The translations under genes were made by a program, and so were the position numbers. From IMG/VR virus record IMGVR_UViG_3300037225_000134, positions 1-61,939 of that record: a stretch of DNA of 61,939 nucleotides; one strand, 5' to 3'. The number at the start of each line of letters is the position of its first letter. Position 1 is the stretch's first letter. This document shows, piece after piece, positions 1 through 9,654 of the stretch. This DNA comes from a virus. Its lineage: Duplodnaviria; Caudoviricetes. The notes below the pieces were generated by a model. It was not told the origin of the DNA. It ran no database searches and was given only the letters and a program-made list of their open reading frames with translations.

Positions 1-8
1 GAGACGTT

Positions 9-1094
9 ATGCCGGAGGACTTCGACAGCAACAAAGATATTATTAATATGAGGAATGGCTTATACAACTTCAGGACCAAGGAGTTTAAACCTCATGATAC
101 CAGGCTACCGACGGCATCCCATCCCCGATACTTATCTATGGTGCAGATACCAGTTGACTATAAGCCTGGTGCTGAATGTGTCAATTTCAAGAAAAGCATG
201 GCCGCGGTATTCACCACCCCCGGAGACCTTCTTAAGATCCGGGAATTTATAGCGTATTGCCTATATAATGATTATTCAATACAAAAGGCATTTATCTTGT
301 ACGGGCCTGCCGACAAGGGGAAGAGTTTTATTATTGACCACATAGTTCAATTTCTCGGCATTAATAATTGCTCAGTGGTATCGATTAAGAAATTGTGCCA
401 TAATAACTTTGCAGGATCCGAGCTATTAGGTAAGCTCATGAATACCAGCGGCGAACTTGATAAAGGCAGCGTTAAGAACTTGTCCGAGTTTAAGACCGCG
501 ATAGGCGGAACGGATCAAATGCGGGTGGAGGCAAAAGGCAAGGATGCCGTTTACTTCAGGAACCGGGCTAAGTTCATATTTGGGACTAACTCAATATTCT
601 CCTCGGAGGATGAATCTGATGGGTTTATGCGTCGGTTTGAAATTATCAAAACCCGGATTGAGGATTTACCGGCGGGGCTACCAACGGAGGCAATGATTAG
701 CACCGATGAAGAAATGAGTGGGCTATTCAACTATGTTATTGACCTTCTGGAACCATTGATAAACAGGCGGAAATTTAGTAACCAGTTGTCGAAGCTGGAG
801 ATAACGCAAGACTTTACGAGGATGGGCAAAAGCATAGAAAGCTTCGTAGAGGATAATGTAGAACCGGGCCATGATAGGCAGGTTATAACTGTGGATGACT
901 TATGGACTCGCTACGTAGAGTATTGTGACGGGCATGGCATCTATGAACACCCGAGGAAATGGAACTTTCTTAGGGCGGTACAACGGTTTCTGCCTGATTC
1001 TCATTATGAAGACGGCCAAAAGCATAGCAGAAGTAAAAAGGAAAAATGCTTAATAGGGTATAGATTCAAGGATAATGAGTGGTCTGGATTATGA
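9..1094 (+). CDS. D5-like SF3 helicase (primase-helicase C-terminal part), probably 5'-truncated by the window edge
   Basis: D5_N-like INMRNGLYNF...IPVDY; Walker A GPADKGKS; SF3 motifs TSGEL, EAKGKD, FGTN, GFMRRF; frame is open to the window start. Confidence 0.85.
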   Translation: MPEDFDSNKDIINMRNGLYNFRTKEFKPHDTRLPTASHPRYLSMVQIPVDYKPGAECVNFKKSMAAVFTTPGDLLKIREFIAYCLYNDYSIQKAFILYGPADKGKSFIIDHIVQFLGINNCSVVSIKKLCHNNFAGSELLGKLMNTSGELDKGSVKNLSEFKTAIGGTDQMRVEAKGKDAVYFRNRAKFIFGTNSIFSSEDESDGFMRRFEIIKTRIEDLPAGLPTEAMISTDEEMSGLFNYVIDLLEPLINRRKFSNQLSKLEITQDFTRMGKSIESFVEDNVEPGHDRQVITVDDLWTRYVEYCDGHGIYEHPRKWNFLRAVQRFLPDSHYEDGQKHSRSKKEKCLIGYRFKDNEWSGL

Positions 1095-1499
1095 ACAACC
1101 ACCTGGTAGGGTGTTTGTATAATCTATACGTAGACATGGCTGGAGACCCGGCGGACTCATAAAGTGTAGGAATGGCAAACATGCATCTGTATATATTAAT
1201 ATTTTTTTACGATAGCAGTAGACTATGGTGTTTTTTATGCAGATGTAAGAATGGCATACTGTAGGCTGTGAGTTACTCATTTCAATTTTTAATTAGTCTA
1301 TAGAGAGTTAAATATAGAGAGAAATAACCAGGGGTAAAGTAGAGTCTGGTTTTTTCGGTATCCGTGGCGAACCTAAGAAAAAAGTTTTTAAAGATAAATT
1401 CAAAAATCGATACCAGTGGTGAGCGATGGACATGTAAATGTTACAGGATGAATAAAAATGCGTATCGATTCTAAGACAAAATTTGGAGTAAAGCATACG

Positions 1500-1507
1500 T
1501 TTATATA
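1500..1507 (+). promoter_or_regulatory. Archaeal TATA box (TTTATATA)
   Basis: TTTATATA about 40 nt before a GGAGG RBS and the ATG at 1545. Confidence 0.55.
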
Positions 1508-1544
1508 GTGGAAGCGTGGTATAAAGAATCTGGAGGATAAGAAT

Positions 1545-1694
1545 ATGGTACAATGTTTTAGAGACAAAACTAGAGAATGCGATAAAGGATGTATAGCCTT
1601 CATAGATGATGGATCAAGATTCACTAAGGAAAGATGTTTGATTTTATTATCTATGGCTACTAGTGCGGATATAGAGTATGTTTTAGATGACTAA
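1545..1694 (+). CDS. Small Cys-containing hypothetical protein (49 aa) whose end overlaps the tnpA start
   Basis: Manual translation MVQCFRDKTRECDKGC...EYVLDD*; GGAGG RBS upstream. Confidence 0.6.
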   Translation: MVQCFRDKTRECDKGCIAFIDDGSRFTKERCLILLSMATSADIEYVLDD

Positions 1695-2097
1695 ACAAGA
1701 GCATTGGGTGAGTGCAAGAGGATGTGTCTATAACGTGTATTACCATTTCGTATGGTCTACAAAATACCGGAGAAAGGTTCTTGTTGGATCAGTGGCCGAA
1801 GATCTTCACTGGCTGCATGAACTGATTGCAGAACAGAAAGGCATTGAAATGGTAAATCAAGAAATCATGCCCGATCATGTTCACCTTTTTGTAACTGCTC
1901 ATCCAATATTTGCTCCTGCGAATATCGTTAAGATCTTCAAAGGAATCACGGCAAAGAAGCTCTTTGAAAAGCATCCTGAACTGAGAAATCAACTCTGGAA
2001 TGGTCATCTCTGGAATCCTTCGTACTATGTAGGAACCTGTGGTGATGCTACCAAAGATGTAATAGAACGATATGTAGCAATGCAAAAGGTGGAGTAA
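1687..2097 (+). CDS. tnpA: IS200/IS605 Y1 HUH transposase
   Basis: YHFVWSTKYRRK, HUH motif PDHVHLF, LWNPSYYVGT, catalytic Tyr in IERYV. Confidence 0.95.
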   Translation: MTKQEHWVSARGCVYNVYYHFVWSTKYRRKVLVGSVAEDLHWLHELIAEQKGIEMVNQEIMPDHVHLFVTAHPIFAPANIVKIFKGITAKKLFEKHPELRNQLWNGHLWNPSYYVGTCGDATKDVIERYVAMQKVE

Positions 2098-2101
2098 GCC
2101 A

Positions 2102-3202
2102 ATGAGAGTGTTTCGATATAGACTCAAACCAACCAAGGCTCAGGTAACCAAGCTGAATGAGCAGCTAGAGCTTTGCCGATGGGTTTATAACGAAACTCTT
2201 GCACTGCGAAAGAACTCCTTTGAACAAGAAGGCAAATCGATAAGCTACTTCGCATCTAAGAAGATGCTGCCTATCTGGAAAGAGTCCAAACCTGAACTAA
2301 GATCGGTCCATTCTCAGGTATTGCAGGATGTTGTTCTCAGGGTCAATCTTGCATTCAGTGCATTCTTCCGAAGAGTCCAATCTGGTGAAGAAGATCCTGG
2401 TTATCCTCGCTTCAAAGGGAGGAACAGATATGACAGCCTCAGTTATCCTCAGACAGGTTTTTCCATAGACGGTAACATGATTTGGTTATCCAAGATAGGT
2501 GATATCAAATTCAAGTTGCATCGACCTATCGAGGGTGATGTTAAGAGACTAACTATCCGAAGATCTTCAACCAAGAAATGGTATGTGTCGTTCCTAATTG
2601 AAGATGCACCAAATCACATTCTTGAACCCTCTAATGAAATAGTAGGCGTAGATATGGGTATCAAGAATTTCGCTGTGCTTTCCAACGGTGAGTCTATCGA
2701 GAATCCTAGATTTCTTCTAGCCGATGAAGAACGACTTAAGAAGGCTCAAAGCAAACGTGATAAGCTTCCTAAAGGATCACCTCGGAGAAGGAAGGCAAGC
2801 AAAGCGGTAAGTCATCTATACGAGAGAGTAACCAATCGAAGAGAAGACTTTGCCCAACAACTAAGTAGGCAGTGGATCAACAAATACGGAATAATTGTAT
2901 TTGAAGATCTGAATATATCAAATATGGTTCATAATCACAACCTAGCGAAGAGCATCCTGGATGCAAGTTGGAATAAACTGGTGCAATATACTTCATACAA
3001 AGCGGAAGACGCTGGTAGAAAAGTAGTGCTAGTTAATCCTGCTTATACATCTCAGATGTGCTCAAGCTGTGGTCAAATAGTCAAAAAGGACCTGTCTATC
3101 AGAGTACACGATTGTCCTTATTGTGGATTATCGATAGACAGAGACCTTAATGCATCTCTGAACATTGCAAGACTGGGGCTACAGTCTTTGGCATCCGCCT
3201 AG
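2102..3202 (+). CDS. tnpB: RNA-guided nuclease TnpB
   Basis: N-terminal HTH, GYPRFK, RuvC residues intact (VGVDMG, VFEDL, DRDLNA), CxxC...CxxC Zn ribbon. Confidence 0.95.
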   Translation: MRVFRYRLKPTKAQVTKLNEQLELCRWVYNETLALRKNSFEQEGKSISYFASKKMLPIWKESKPELRSVHSQVLQDVVLRVNLAFSAFFRRVQSGEEDPGYPRFKGRNRYDSLSYPQTGFSIDGNMIWLSKIGDIKFKLHRPIEGDVKRLTIRRSSTKKWYVSFLIEDAPNHILEPSNEIVGVDMGIKNFAVLSNGESIENPRFLLADEERLKKAQSKRDKLPKGSPRRRKASKAVSHLYERVTNRREDFAQQLSRQWINKYGIIVFEDLNISNMVHNHNLAKSILDASWNKLVQYTSYKAEDAGRKVVLVNPAYTSQMCSSCGQIVKKDLSIRVHDCPYCGLSIDRDLNASLNIARLGLQSLASA

Positions 3203-3254
3203 ATGCCCGCCAATTCATTGGCGGGAGTAGTCACATGATTAGGAGGCTAAAATA
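3080..3254 (+). ncRNA. Putative TnpB omega/reRNA (5' boundary approximate); guide predicted to begin ATGATTAGGAGG at 3235
   Basis: Established TnpB biology: scaffold overlaps the tnpB 3' end and the right-end hairpin, and the guide follows the terminal TCAC. Confidence 0.55.
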
Positions 3255-3658
3255 TGATTCAGTGTAATAGATGTAAGAACTTTAAGCCCGACGTTAAGCT
3301 CTTCCGAATTAAGAATGAGCATGTAGACATGTTCCAAACACTTTGCTCGAATTGCGAAGACGATTATGAAGAGCGGAGATTTATTGTAGAAAGAGAATAC
3401 AAAATATCGGATAGTGATGTCCCTTCAAAATGGGTAAGTGTTGAAACAGATCTGCCGGTCGATAGTCGAGTAGTGTGGGCCTACGATAAACGACGAGGTA
3501 TCGTTATCATAGCCTGGAGACGGTGGATATCCCCGGAGAAAGGATCAAATATAGGCTTGTCAATATGGGAATCTTGTTTATTTGGAGATGACATTCTCAT
3601 AAAAGCATGGTACGATGCTGATTACCCTGGATACCCGCCAAAAGAAATGATGAGGTGA
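3254..3658 (+). CDS. Hypothetical protein, N-terminal Zn finger and DUF551-like C-terminal segment
   Basis: CxxC...CxxC; WVSVETDLP...W pattern; GGAGG RBS. Confidence 0.5.
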   Translation: MIQCNRCKNFKPDVKLFRIKNEHVDMFQTLCSNCEDDYEERRFIVEREYKISDSDVPSKWVSVETDLPVDSRVVWAYDKRRGIVIIAWRRWISPEKGSNIGLSIWESCLFGDDILIKAWYDADYPGYPPKEMMR

Positions 3659-3956
3659 AAACGATGGAAGGTAGGGATAGTTACCTAGATTCCAGGCTGG
3701 AGTGTGGAGGAGCTTACGGTGAAATCATGGATAACGGAGGATTTCTAATGAGGGTATTTGAATGTGAAAAGTGCCATAGATTTAAGCAAGACGTTGCCAA
3801 GTGTACCGTCTATGAAATCGGATACATGAAAAGCAAAAAAGTGCACTATCTCTGCAATGATTGCATGAATGCAGCAATAGCAAAAGGCCACCTGGTATTG
3901 AAGCCCATCTAAGGCCATTTATAGGACCATAGCGAGACTTTGAAGAAGGTGATATA

Positions 3957-4454
3957 TTGATTCATGAACAACTAAGAAAGCAGAACCTTGGGCAAACTGT
4001 GAAGGAGGAAAGCCATATGATTGATGAAGTAACAACTAAACCTAGCTTCCCGGAAACACTTGAAGAAAAGATGTATCCAAAGCGGTTTATAATGGTACCC
4101 TTCGACTGCAAAGCACTGCCGGAGGTAGTAGTACCCGCTTATGCTGACTTTGAAAAACGCTGCCATGAGACACTAACGAAAACCCCGTCTAATAGGATAA
4201 CGTCGGTTATCAGATCTAAAACTGAGCAGAGTAAATTAATGGCTAAATGGAATAGGGATCAACTAATAGCTTATGATGCTTTCCTATGGTCCGAAAAAGT
4301 GAGACACCGAGAGGATATTGATGCAATTGACAAGAAGCGTGAGGTACTCCACCGGGCCGGATTCCAGGCTGATGAACCGGCTCCTTGGATTCATGAGGCC
4401 GAAATAGAGGAAGCTGGAAAAGGTACCGGGTACTTAAAGGTAAATGGAGTGTGA
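3957..4454 (+). CDS. Hypothetical protein
   Basis: Co-oriented ORF with RBS; start may be the ATG near 4017. Confidence 0.55.
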   Translation: MIHEQLRKQNLGQTVKEESHMIDEVTTKPSFPETLEEKMYPKRFIMVPFDCKALPEVVVPAYADFEKRCHETLTKTPSNRITSVIRSKTEQSKLMAKWNRDQLIAYDAFLWSEKVRHREDIDAIDKKREVLHRAGFQADEPAPWIHEAEIEEAGKGTGYLKVNGV

Positions 4455-4671
4455 AATAAATGTCATTGAATAATGTTCTGGTAGTTGCAGAACTAATAAA
4501 AGATGAGATATTTGGGATCTATGATCTATGTGCGGATTGTGAGTATGATGACAGCTACTTTAACTATGGTAACGCTGCATTCCTAGCTACCTCCCTTAAA
4601 GCCGCAATCATTATCGCTATGGATATTGAACATGAATATGGGCCAACCTTCATATTTAAAGGCGATAAAAA

Positions 4672-5028
4672 ATGACCCCCTTAGCCAATTTTTTAGGCTT
4701 ACTGGTAGCGATAGTTAGTAATTTGCTTATGCTACCTCAGATATACCGGATCTACAAAGATAAAGCCGCCAAGGATGTATCCAGGGGAATGATCCTAATC
4801 TATATTATTACACAGAGTCTTTGGATAATGTACTCGTTAGCCGCTAGTGATTATTACCTTTATGTGTCGTCAATAGTGGCGATCATTATAGCAATATCTC
4901 TTGGGGTATTCTATTGGTGGTACGAAATCCACCAGGGCGGGCTTTTTCACTGCAAAAGATGTGGATATACGGGTACACTTGCACCTGGTATGACAACGTG
5001 CGGATGTGATGACCAAAGAGGTAAATGA
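4672..5028 (+). CDS. PQ-loop/SemiSWEET-like small transporter with C-terminal Zn ribbon
   Basis: LPQIYRIYKDKAAKDVS motif, three hydrophobic helices, CKRC...CGC tail. Confidence 0.75.
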   Translation: MTPLANFLGLLVAIVSNLLMLPQIYRIYKDKAAKDVSRGMILIYIITQSLWIMYSLAASDYYLYVSSIVAIIIAISLGVFYWWYEIHQGGLFHCKRCGYTGTLAPGMTTCGCDDQRGK

Positions 5029-5079
5029 AGTTATGACACCGATACCATATATAACGTTATATAAAAATGAGGTGTAACG

Positions 5080-5964
5080 ATGAAAGGAGTACGCTATGAC
5101 AAAGATAGTGGTAAGTATCAAGCACAAATTACAGTCCAAGGTAAGAAGTATGCACTTGGAAGATTTGATACTCTCCTAGAAGCACAGTATGCACGATTAA
5201 GTGCGGAGGAAGAAAAAGAAAAAGGAACATTTATAAAAAATAGTATATTTGCAGGAAGATATAATATTGTCAGCCTCGGAGATTGGCACGTTCCGTATGA
5301 GAATCGAGAAGCCATTAAAGCAGCCCTAAAGTTTGTCGAAAAACTGCAACCAAACATAATAGTACTCCATGAGGTGCATGACTTTTACAAATTGTCTAGG
5401 TTCGACAAAGACCCGGATCGACGCGACAACCTGCAGACGGAGCTAGACATAGCAACTGGATACTTTAACCAAGTCAGGGCGGAAAACCCCGACGCGAGGA
5501 TTATCCTGACAAAATCAAATCACTTGGATAGACTTCGCCGGTATCTATGGGCTAATGCCCAGGGCTTAAGCTCATTAAAGAGCCTGGAGATAGAAAATTT
5601 GCTTAACTTAAGAGCCAATAATATAGAATATATGGAATCATTACTATATAATAATGTCTTATTTAAGCATGGCAACTTGGTTAGTAAAGAAGCTGGAATG
5701 ACAGCCCGCCGCGAACTGCAGGCAGAAGGTCTTAGTGGAGTCTCAGGCCATACTCACCGATTAGCCCAGATCTACAGAAGGGACCGATCAGGTAACTATA
5801 TGTGGATAGAGGGAGGTTGCCTGTGCCAGTTGCAGCCTGAGTATATAGAAGGGGTCTCGAATTGGCAGCATGGCTTTAGTATAGTATCCTTCGACAATGA
5901 GGACTCTAACAAGTATTTCGCTATGCCGGTGCCAATAATTGATGGTGAGGTATTCATATGTTAG
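5080..5964 (+). CDS. AP2 DNA-binding domain fused to a calcineurin-like metallophosphoesterase
   Basis: KGVRYDK...KYQAQI...LGRFDTLLEA..AR (AP2); DWH, SNH, HG, GHTHR metallophosphoesterase motifs. Confidence 0.8.
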   Translation: MKGVRYDKDSGKYQAQITVQGKKYALGRFDTLLEAQYARLSAEEEKEKGTFIKNSIFAGRYNIVSLGDWHVPYENREAIKAALKFVEKLQPNIIVLHEVHDFYKLSRFDKDPDRRDNLQTELDIATGYFNQVRAENPDARIILTKSNHLDRLRRYLWANAQGLSSLKSLEIENLLNLRANNIEYMESLLYNNVLFKHGNLVSKEAGMTARRELQAEGLSGVSGHTHRLAQIYRRDRSGNYMWIEGGCLCQLQPEYIEGVSNWQHGFSIVSFDNEDSNKYFAMPVPIIDGEVFIC

Positions 5965-6227
5965 AGATAATTAAAGCCTACTCGGACATACTCATAATGC
6001 TATGCTCGCTCGTGTTTAGTGTATCGCTAATACCGACTACACTAAATAATTTTAGGAAAAAAATATGTGAGATACCATATAAAACCTCAATACCGACAGC
6101 ATCCGGTCTATACCTGTTGGTATTTGTCTATATGGCTAATGGCTGGCAGTATTCCGAGTTAGTAGGGCTATTATCCGCTATAATGTGGACTATCATAGCA
6201 CTACAGAGGAGACAATATTATAGATAA
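5958..6227 (+). CDS. Small 3-TM membrane protein, PQ-loop-like
   Basis: Three hydrophobic segments; SLIPT in place of the PQ motif. Confidence 0.5.
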   Translation: MLEIIKAYSDILIMLCSLVFSVSLIPTTLNNFRKKICEIPYKTSIPTASGLYLLVFVYMANGWQYSELVGLLSAIMWTIIALQRRQYYR

Positions 6228-6242
6228 ATATAGATAGGAGAC

Positions 6243-6617
6243 ATGATATATTTGCCACATAAAAAGTATACTCTGAAAAGTGATACCAAACGATATAAGA
6301 AGTACAGAAAACAAGTACTATCTGATAGACAGCAGTGGCATGATAATCATAGAGAAGATTTTAAAAAATACGAAGTATTTAGGAATGGCGAATTAAGGGA
6401 TATGGTGTTTGATCTATTAGGTGATCAATGTGCAAGATGTGGAATCGCAGATTATAGGGTTCTGCAAATTGACCATATAAATGGAGGTGGAAGTATAGAA
6501 AGACGAAAAATAGGTAGCCGAGGAATCTATATCAAGATCCTAGAAGATGGAGGCGCTGGATATCAAATCTTATGCGCAAATTGCAATACTTTAAAGAGAG
6601 CTATAAATAAGGAGTGA
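6243..6617 (+). CDS. HNH endonuclease (homing-type), paralog of 54052-54453
   Basis: CARC...DHINGGGS...YQILCANCN; basic Tyr-rich N-terminus. Confidence 0.85.
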   Translation: MIYLPHKKYTLKSDTKRYKKYRKQVLSDRQQWHDNHREDFKKYEVFRNGELRDMVFDLLGDQCARCGIADYRVLQIDHINGGGSIERRKIGSRGIYIKILEDGGAGYQILCANCNTLKRAINKE

Positions 6618-6862
6618 TATCAATGCCTGAAATGTATGAAAACGTTATAGAAGATTGTGACCACGATTGTGATGGGTGTGAAGAAATTTGCCCCGGTGAG
6701 GAAGGCAGCGACGAGGAAGAGATAGTACTTTGCCCAGGTTGCAGAGCTGAGAATACCTTTTTTGCGCATCCAACGATGGTAGGCGGCTCTTTGAAGGTAG
6801 TTGCCAAGTGTTTGAGTTGTGGATATCTATCGCCACTGAACGAGTTAATAATAGCAGGCTAA
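6614..6862 (+). CDS. Small acidic Zn-finger protein
   Basis: Multiple CxxC motifs; overlaps the stop of the upstream gene. Confidence 0.55.
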   Translation: MISMPEMYENVIEDCDHDCDGCEEICPGEEGSDEEEIVLCPGCRAENTFFAHPTMVGGSLKVVAKCLSCGYLSPLNELIIAG

Positions 6863-7651
6863 CCGAAACCCTGATATAGTATCAATGAGGTAATATCATT
6901 ATGGCCTATATCGTGAGTCAATTAAATAGAGGCTACCTAGATAGTCACTTGGAGTATACCACGGAGCTAGTTAAAGCTCTTCGGTTTACTTCTTATGAAT
7001 CAATGAGGATGATATTAGAGGGACATCCAGACTTTGAAAAACTGATATATGCGGAGGTGAAATAAATGATTGATACAAGAGGAGGATACATGTTAGAACT
7101 TGAAGATATAGAGATTAATGAGTTTGAACCAATAATTGCGCCGTTGACAGGTCTACTTTGGAGAATACCTCCAAAATTAGACATTGCTAAAGAATTATCT
7201 ATTGCAACTACGCCAATGGATCAACCAGTTTGGAATTTAGCTAGTTCGACCTGGCAATTTTATGCGCCAAGGCCACTAACCAACACCAAGATACCACCTA
7301 AGGATATTGATGCACCACCTGCAGCAAAGCCCCAGGATGAGGATGACGAGGAATAGCTATGAGTGATGATCCTGATTACATAACTCCGTTTACGGAGAAT
7401 TTAAATAAATTTTTGGATGAAGTATTCTATGCTCAGTGCCCGCATTGCCTGCATAAGATTTGGACTCTCGCGGAAGCCTACATAAGTATGACAGAGGATT
7501 GTCCCTCGTGTTCTCGATATATGGGAATAAGCAACTATACCCAAGACTTCAAGAACGCGATGACGGCCAAACTCTATGCAGCATATCCTTAAATAGTATG
7601 AGATTCATTACTATATTGGAGCTTGTTTAAATAAGGTAGCGGAGGTATGAT

Positions 7652-7996
7652 ATGTTAAAAGCTATGGAGTTTGAATTTAAGAGAATCGTGGTCAAAGGCG
7701 TTAAAATGGTGCAATATTTGGGACAAAAAAACGTTCTATTATACGATGATTTGCCTATCGAATATGTGCAAGGCGGGACATATGTTAGACTTAATGCCGC
7801 CGGGCGCGGCGTGGTATATGCCGAGGGCCAGGGACCAACACGGTATCTTTATTCTGGTGACTTAATGAATATCGAGGAACTGCAGAAGTTCAACGATTTA
7901 ATGATCGATGCAGGAACCAGATTAGGCAAAATCAGGAAAGAAGGCAACGCCAAATTAGAAGAAGCGTGGCATGGTGAGTTTGTAGTGGAGGTATAA
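7652..7996 (+). CDS. Hypothetical protein
   Basis: Preceded by a TATA box (7589-7595) and GGAGGT RBS. Confidence 0.55.
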   Translation: MLKAMEFEFKRIVVKGVKMVQYLGQKNVLLYDDLPIEYVQGGTYVRLNAAGRGVVYAEGQGPTRYLYSGDLMNIEELQKFNDLMIDAGTRLGKIRKEGNAKLEEAWHGEFVVEV

Positions 7997-8262
7997 AACA
8001 ATGATGGAAGCATTTTGGTATGGGTTTAATGGTACCTATAATTTAGTATGGGACTTAATAGGACTCCTCATGGCCTTGATAAGCATGGGTGTAATAGTAT
8101 TCGTGGCTGTAATGATTGTCAGCTTAATCGAATACTGGATAAAGTGGATTGCTAGCGCATTAGCAACAAGCGCGACCTGCAGCACCAGGGCCGGATACGG
8201 GGGAGTCGGTCGATGACTGACTTTTCCATTTTCCTGACGTTGGTATTAGGTAAGGAGGAAGC

Positions 8263-9654
8263 ATGAGCCTTTCTGTTGATACGATCATCTGCGGGGATTG
8301 CAAGGAGATTCTGCCGTCCCTGGAAGAGGATTCGATTGATGCCATTGTCTGCGATCCCCCTTATGAACTTGGCTTCATGGGAAAGAAATGGGACAACCAG
8401 GGCATTGCCTACGATAAAGATATGTGGTTTGGCTGCTTGCGGGTGCTGAAACCTGGCGGCCATCTGTTGGCATTCGGAGGAGATCGCACCCATCATAGGA
8501 TGTTTTGTGCAATAGAAGACGCGAGCTTTGAGGTTCGTCGCACTCTGGTTTGGACATTTGGCTCAGGATTTCCAAAATCTTTGAATGTTTCAAAAAAGAT
8601 TAATGAGACGATTCCTTCCAGCCTTCGGTGCGTTTGTGATGCCCATTTGAGGGATAAAGCATCAAGTTCTCAATCCGATTGTCGTCCCTCTGGTGATTCA
8701 TATGATGAACAACTTCCAACGGGTCAAGATGGTATATCTCGGATATTACATAAATGTAACCGATGTGGTAAATACTTTGCGGGCGATGGTGTTGGGTCTG
8801 ATTTGAAACCCGCCGCTGAGTTCATCTGTTTAGCAAGAAAGCCGCTAGACGCTGGATTTACAATCGCGGCCAATGTCTTGAGATGGGGCGTTGGCGGGCT
8901 GAATATCGATGCTTGCAGGATAGGCACGGAAGGCGGAAGCACTCAACCGTCTGGAATGGATCGATATAATGCGAAATTGGCTACGCAAGGATATAGGCCC
9001 AATGAATACCAACAAGGCGAACCTATGGCACCATTGCCAGCCGGAAGATTTCCCGCCAACCTGATTCATGATGGTTCGCCCGAAGTCCTGGCGGAATTTG
9101 CGAAGGCGGGTCAGTTAAAGAGCGGTGTTTATTCAGGCAAACGAAACTTTCCCAAAACGAAAAATGCTTATGGTAAGTTTGACCTGCAGGATGAAAACCC
9201 CATATCATATGGGGATTCCGGTTCTGCTGCCCGTTTCTTCGCCTCCTGCCCATTCCAGGAGGAGGATCTTCCAGCATTTGTATATTTTGCGAAGGCGAGC
9301 AGGGCGGAAAGAGATGCCGGGCTGTCTGGAATGCCCACATATCACAATGCCGATCTAACCGGAGGAGATCGCAACAAGGAAAATGATAGGGCCGGAACTA
9401 ACCGAAATGGGCCAATCAAGTGTAGTAATAATCATCCTTGTGTAAAACCTTTGTCTCTCATGCGTTATCTTTGCCGCCTGATCACTCCTCCCGGTGGCCT
9501 AATCTTGGACCCCTTCGGCGGAAGTGGTACAACAGGGCTGGCAGCTATCCAAGAAGGATTTCATTATGTGCTGATTGAGCAACAGGCGGAATATTGCGAC
9601 ATCGCCCGCAAGCGCATAGCCGCGATACCGCGACGCCTGGAGGAATGGGCATGA
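8263..9654 (+). CDS. DNA amino-methyltransferase (N6-A/N4-C, beta class) with an internal in-frame insertion
   Basis: Catalytic DPPY near the N-terminus, HPCVKP, SAM-binding LDPFGGSGTT near the C-terminus; visibly more GC-rich than flanks. Confidence 0.92.
   Translation: MSLSVDTIICGDCKEILPSLEEDSIDAIVCDPPYELGFMGKKWDNQGIAYDKDMWFGCLRVLKPGGHLLAFGGDRTHHRMFCAIEDASFEVRRTLVWTFGSGFPKSLNVSKKINETIPSSLRCVCDAHLRDKASSSQSDCRPSGDSYDEQLPTGQDGISRILHKCNRCGKYFAGDGVGSDLKPAAEFICLARKPLDAGFTIAANVLRWGVGGLNIDACRIGTEGGSTQPSGMDRYNAKLATQGYRPNEYQQGEPMAPLPAGRFPANLIHDGSPEVLAEFAKAGQLKSGVYSGKRNFPKTKNAYGKFDLQDENPISYGDSGSAARFFASCPFQEEDLPAFVYFAKASRAERDAGLSGMPTYHNADLTGGDRNKENDRAGTNRNGPIKCSNNHPCVKPLSLMRYLCRLITPPGGLILDPFGGSGTTGLAAIQEGFHYVLIEQQAEYCDIARKRIAAIPRRLEEWA
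8600..8731 (-). pseudogene. HNH endonuclease core encoded antisense within the MTase insertion
   Basis: Minus-strand translation HLDPLEVVHHMNHQRDDNRIENLMLYPSNGHHKRTEGWKESSH*; no plausible full-length start. Confidence 0.8.

Larger units (their letters stand above)
1687..3234 (+). mobile_element. IS200/IS605-family element (tnpA + tnpB); right end intact, left end not recognisable
   Basis: tnpA-tnpB tandem; right-end hairpin CCCGCCAAT-TC-ATTGGCGGG (3206-3225) followed by TCAC (3231-3234). Confidence 0.9.

Noticed and set aside
1160-1490. Replication origin after the helicase gene
   Set aside because: AT-rich and apparently non-coding, but no convincing iterons
1621-1629. TCACTAAGG matching the right junction of the second IS (16900-16908)
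   Set aside because: Only 9 nt and inside a small ORF; expected by chance
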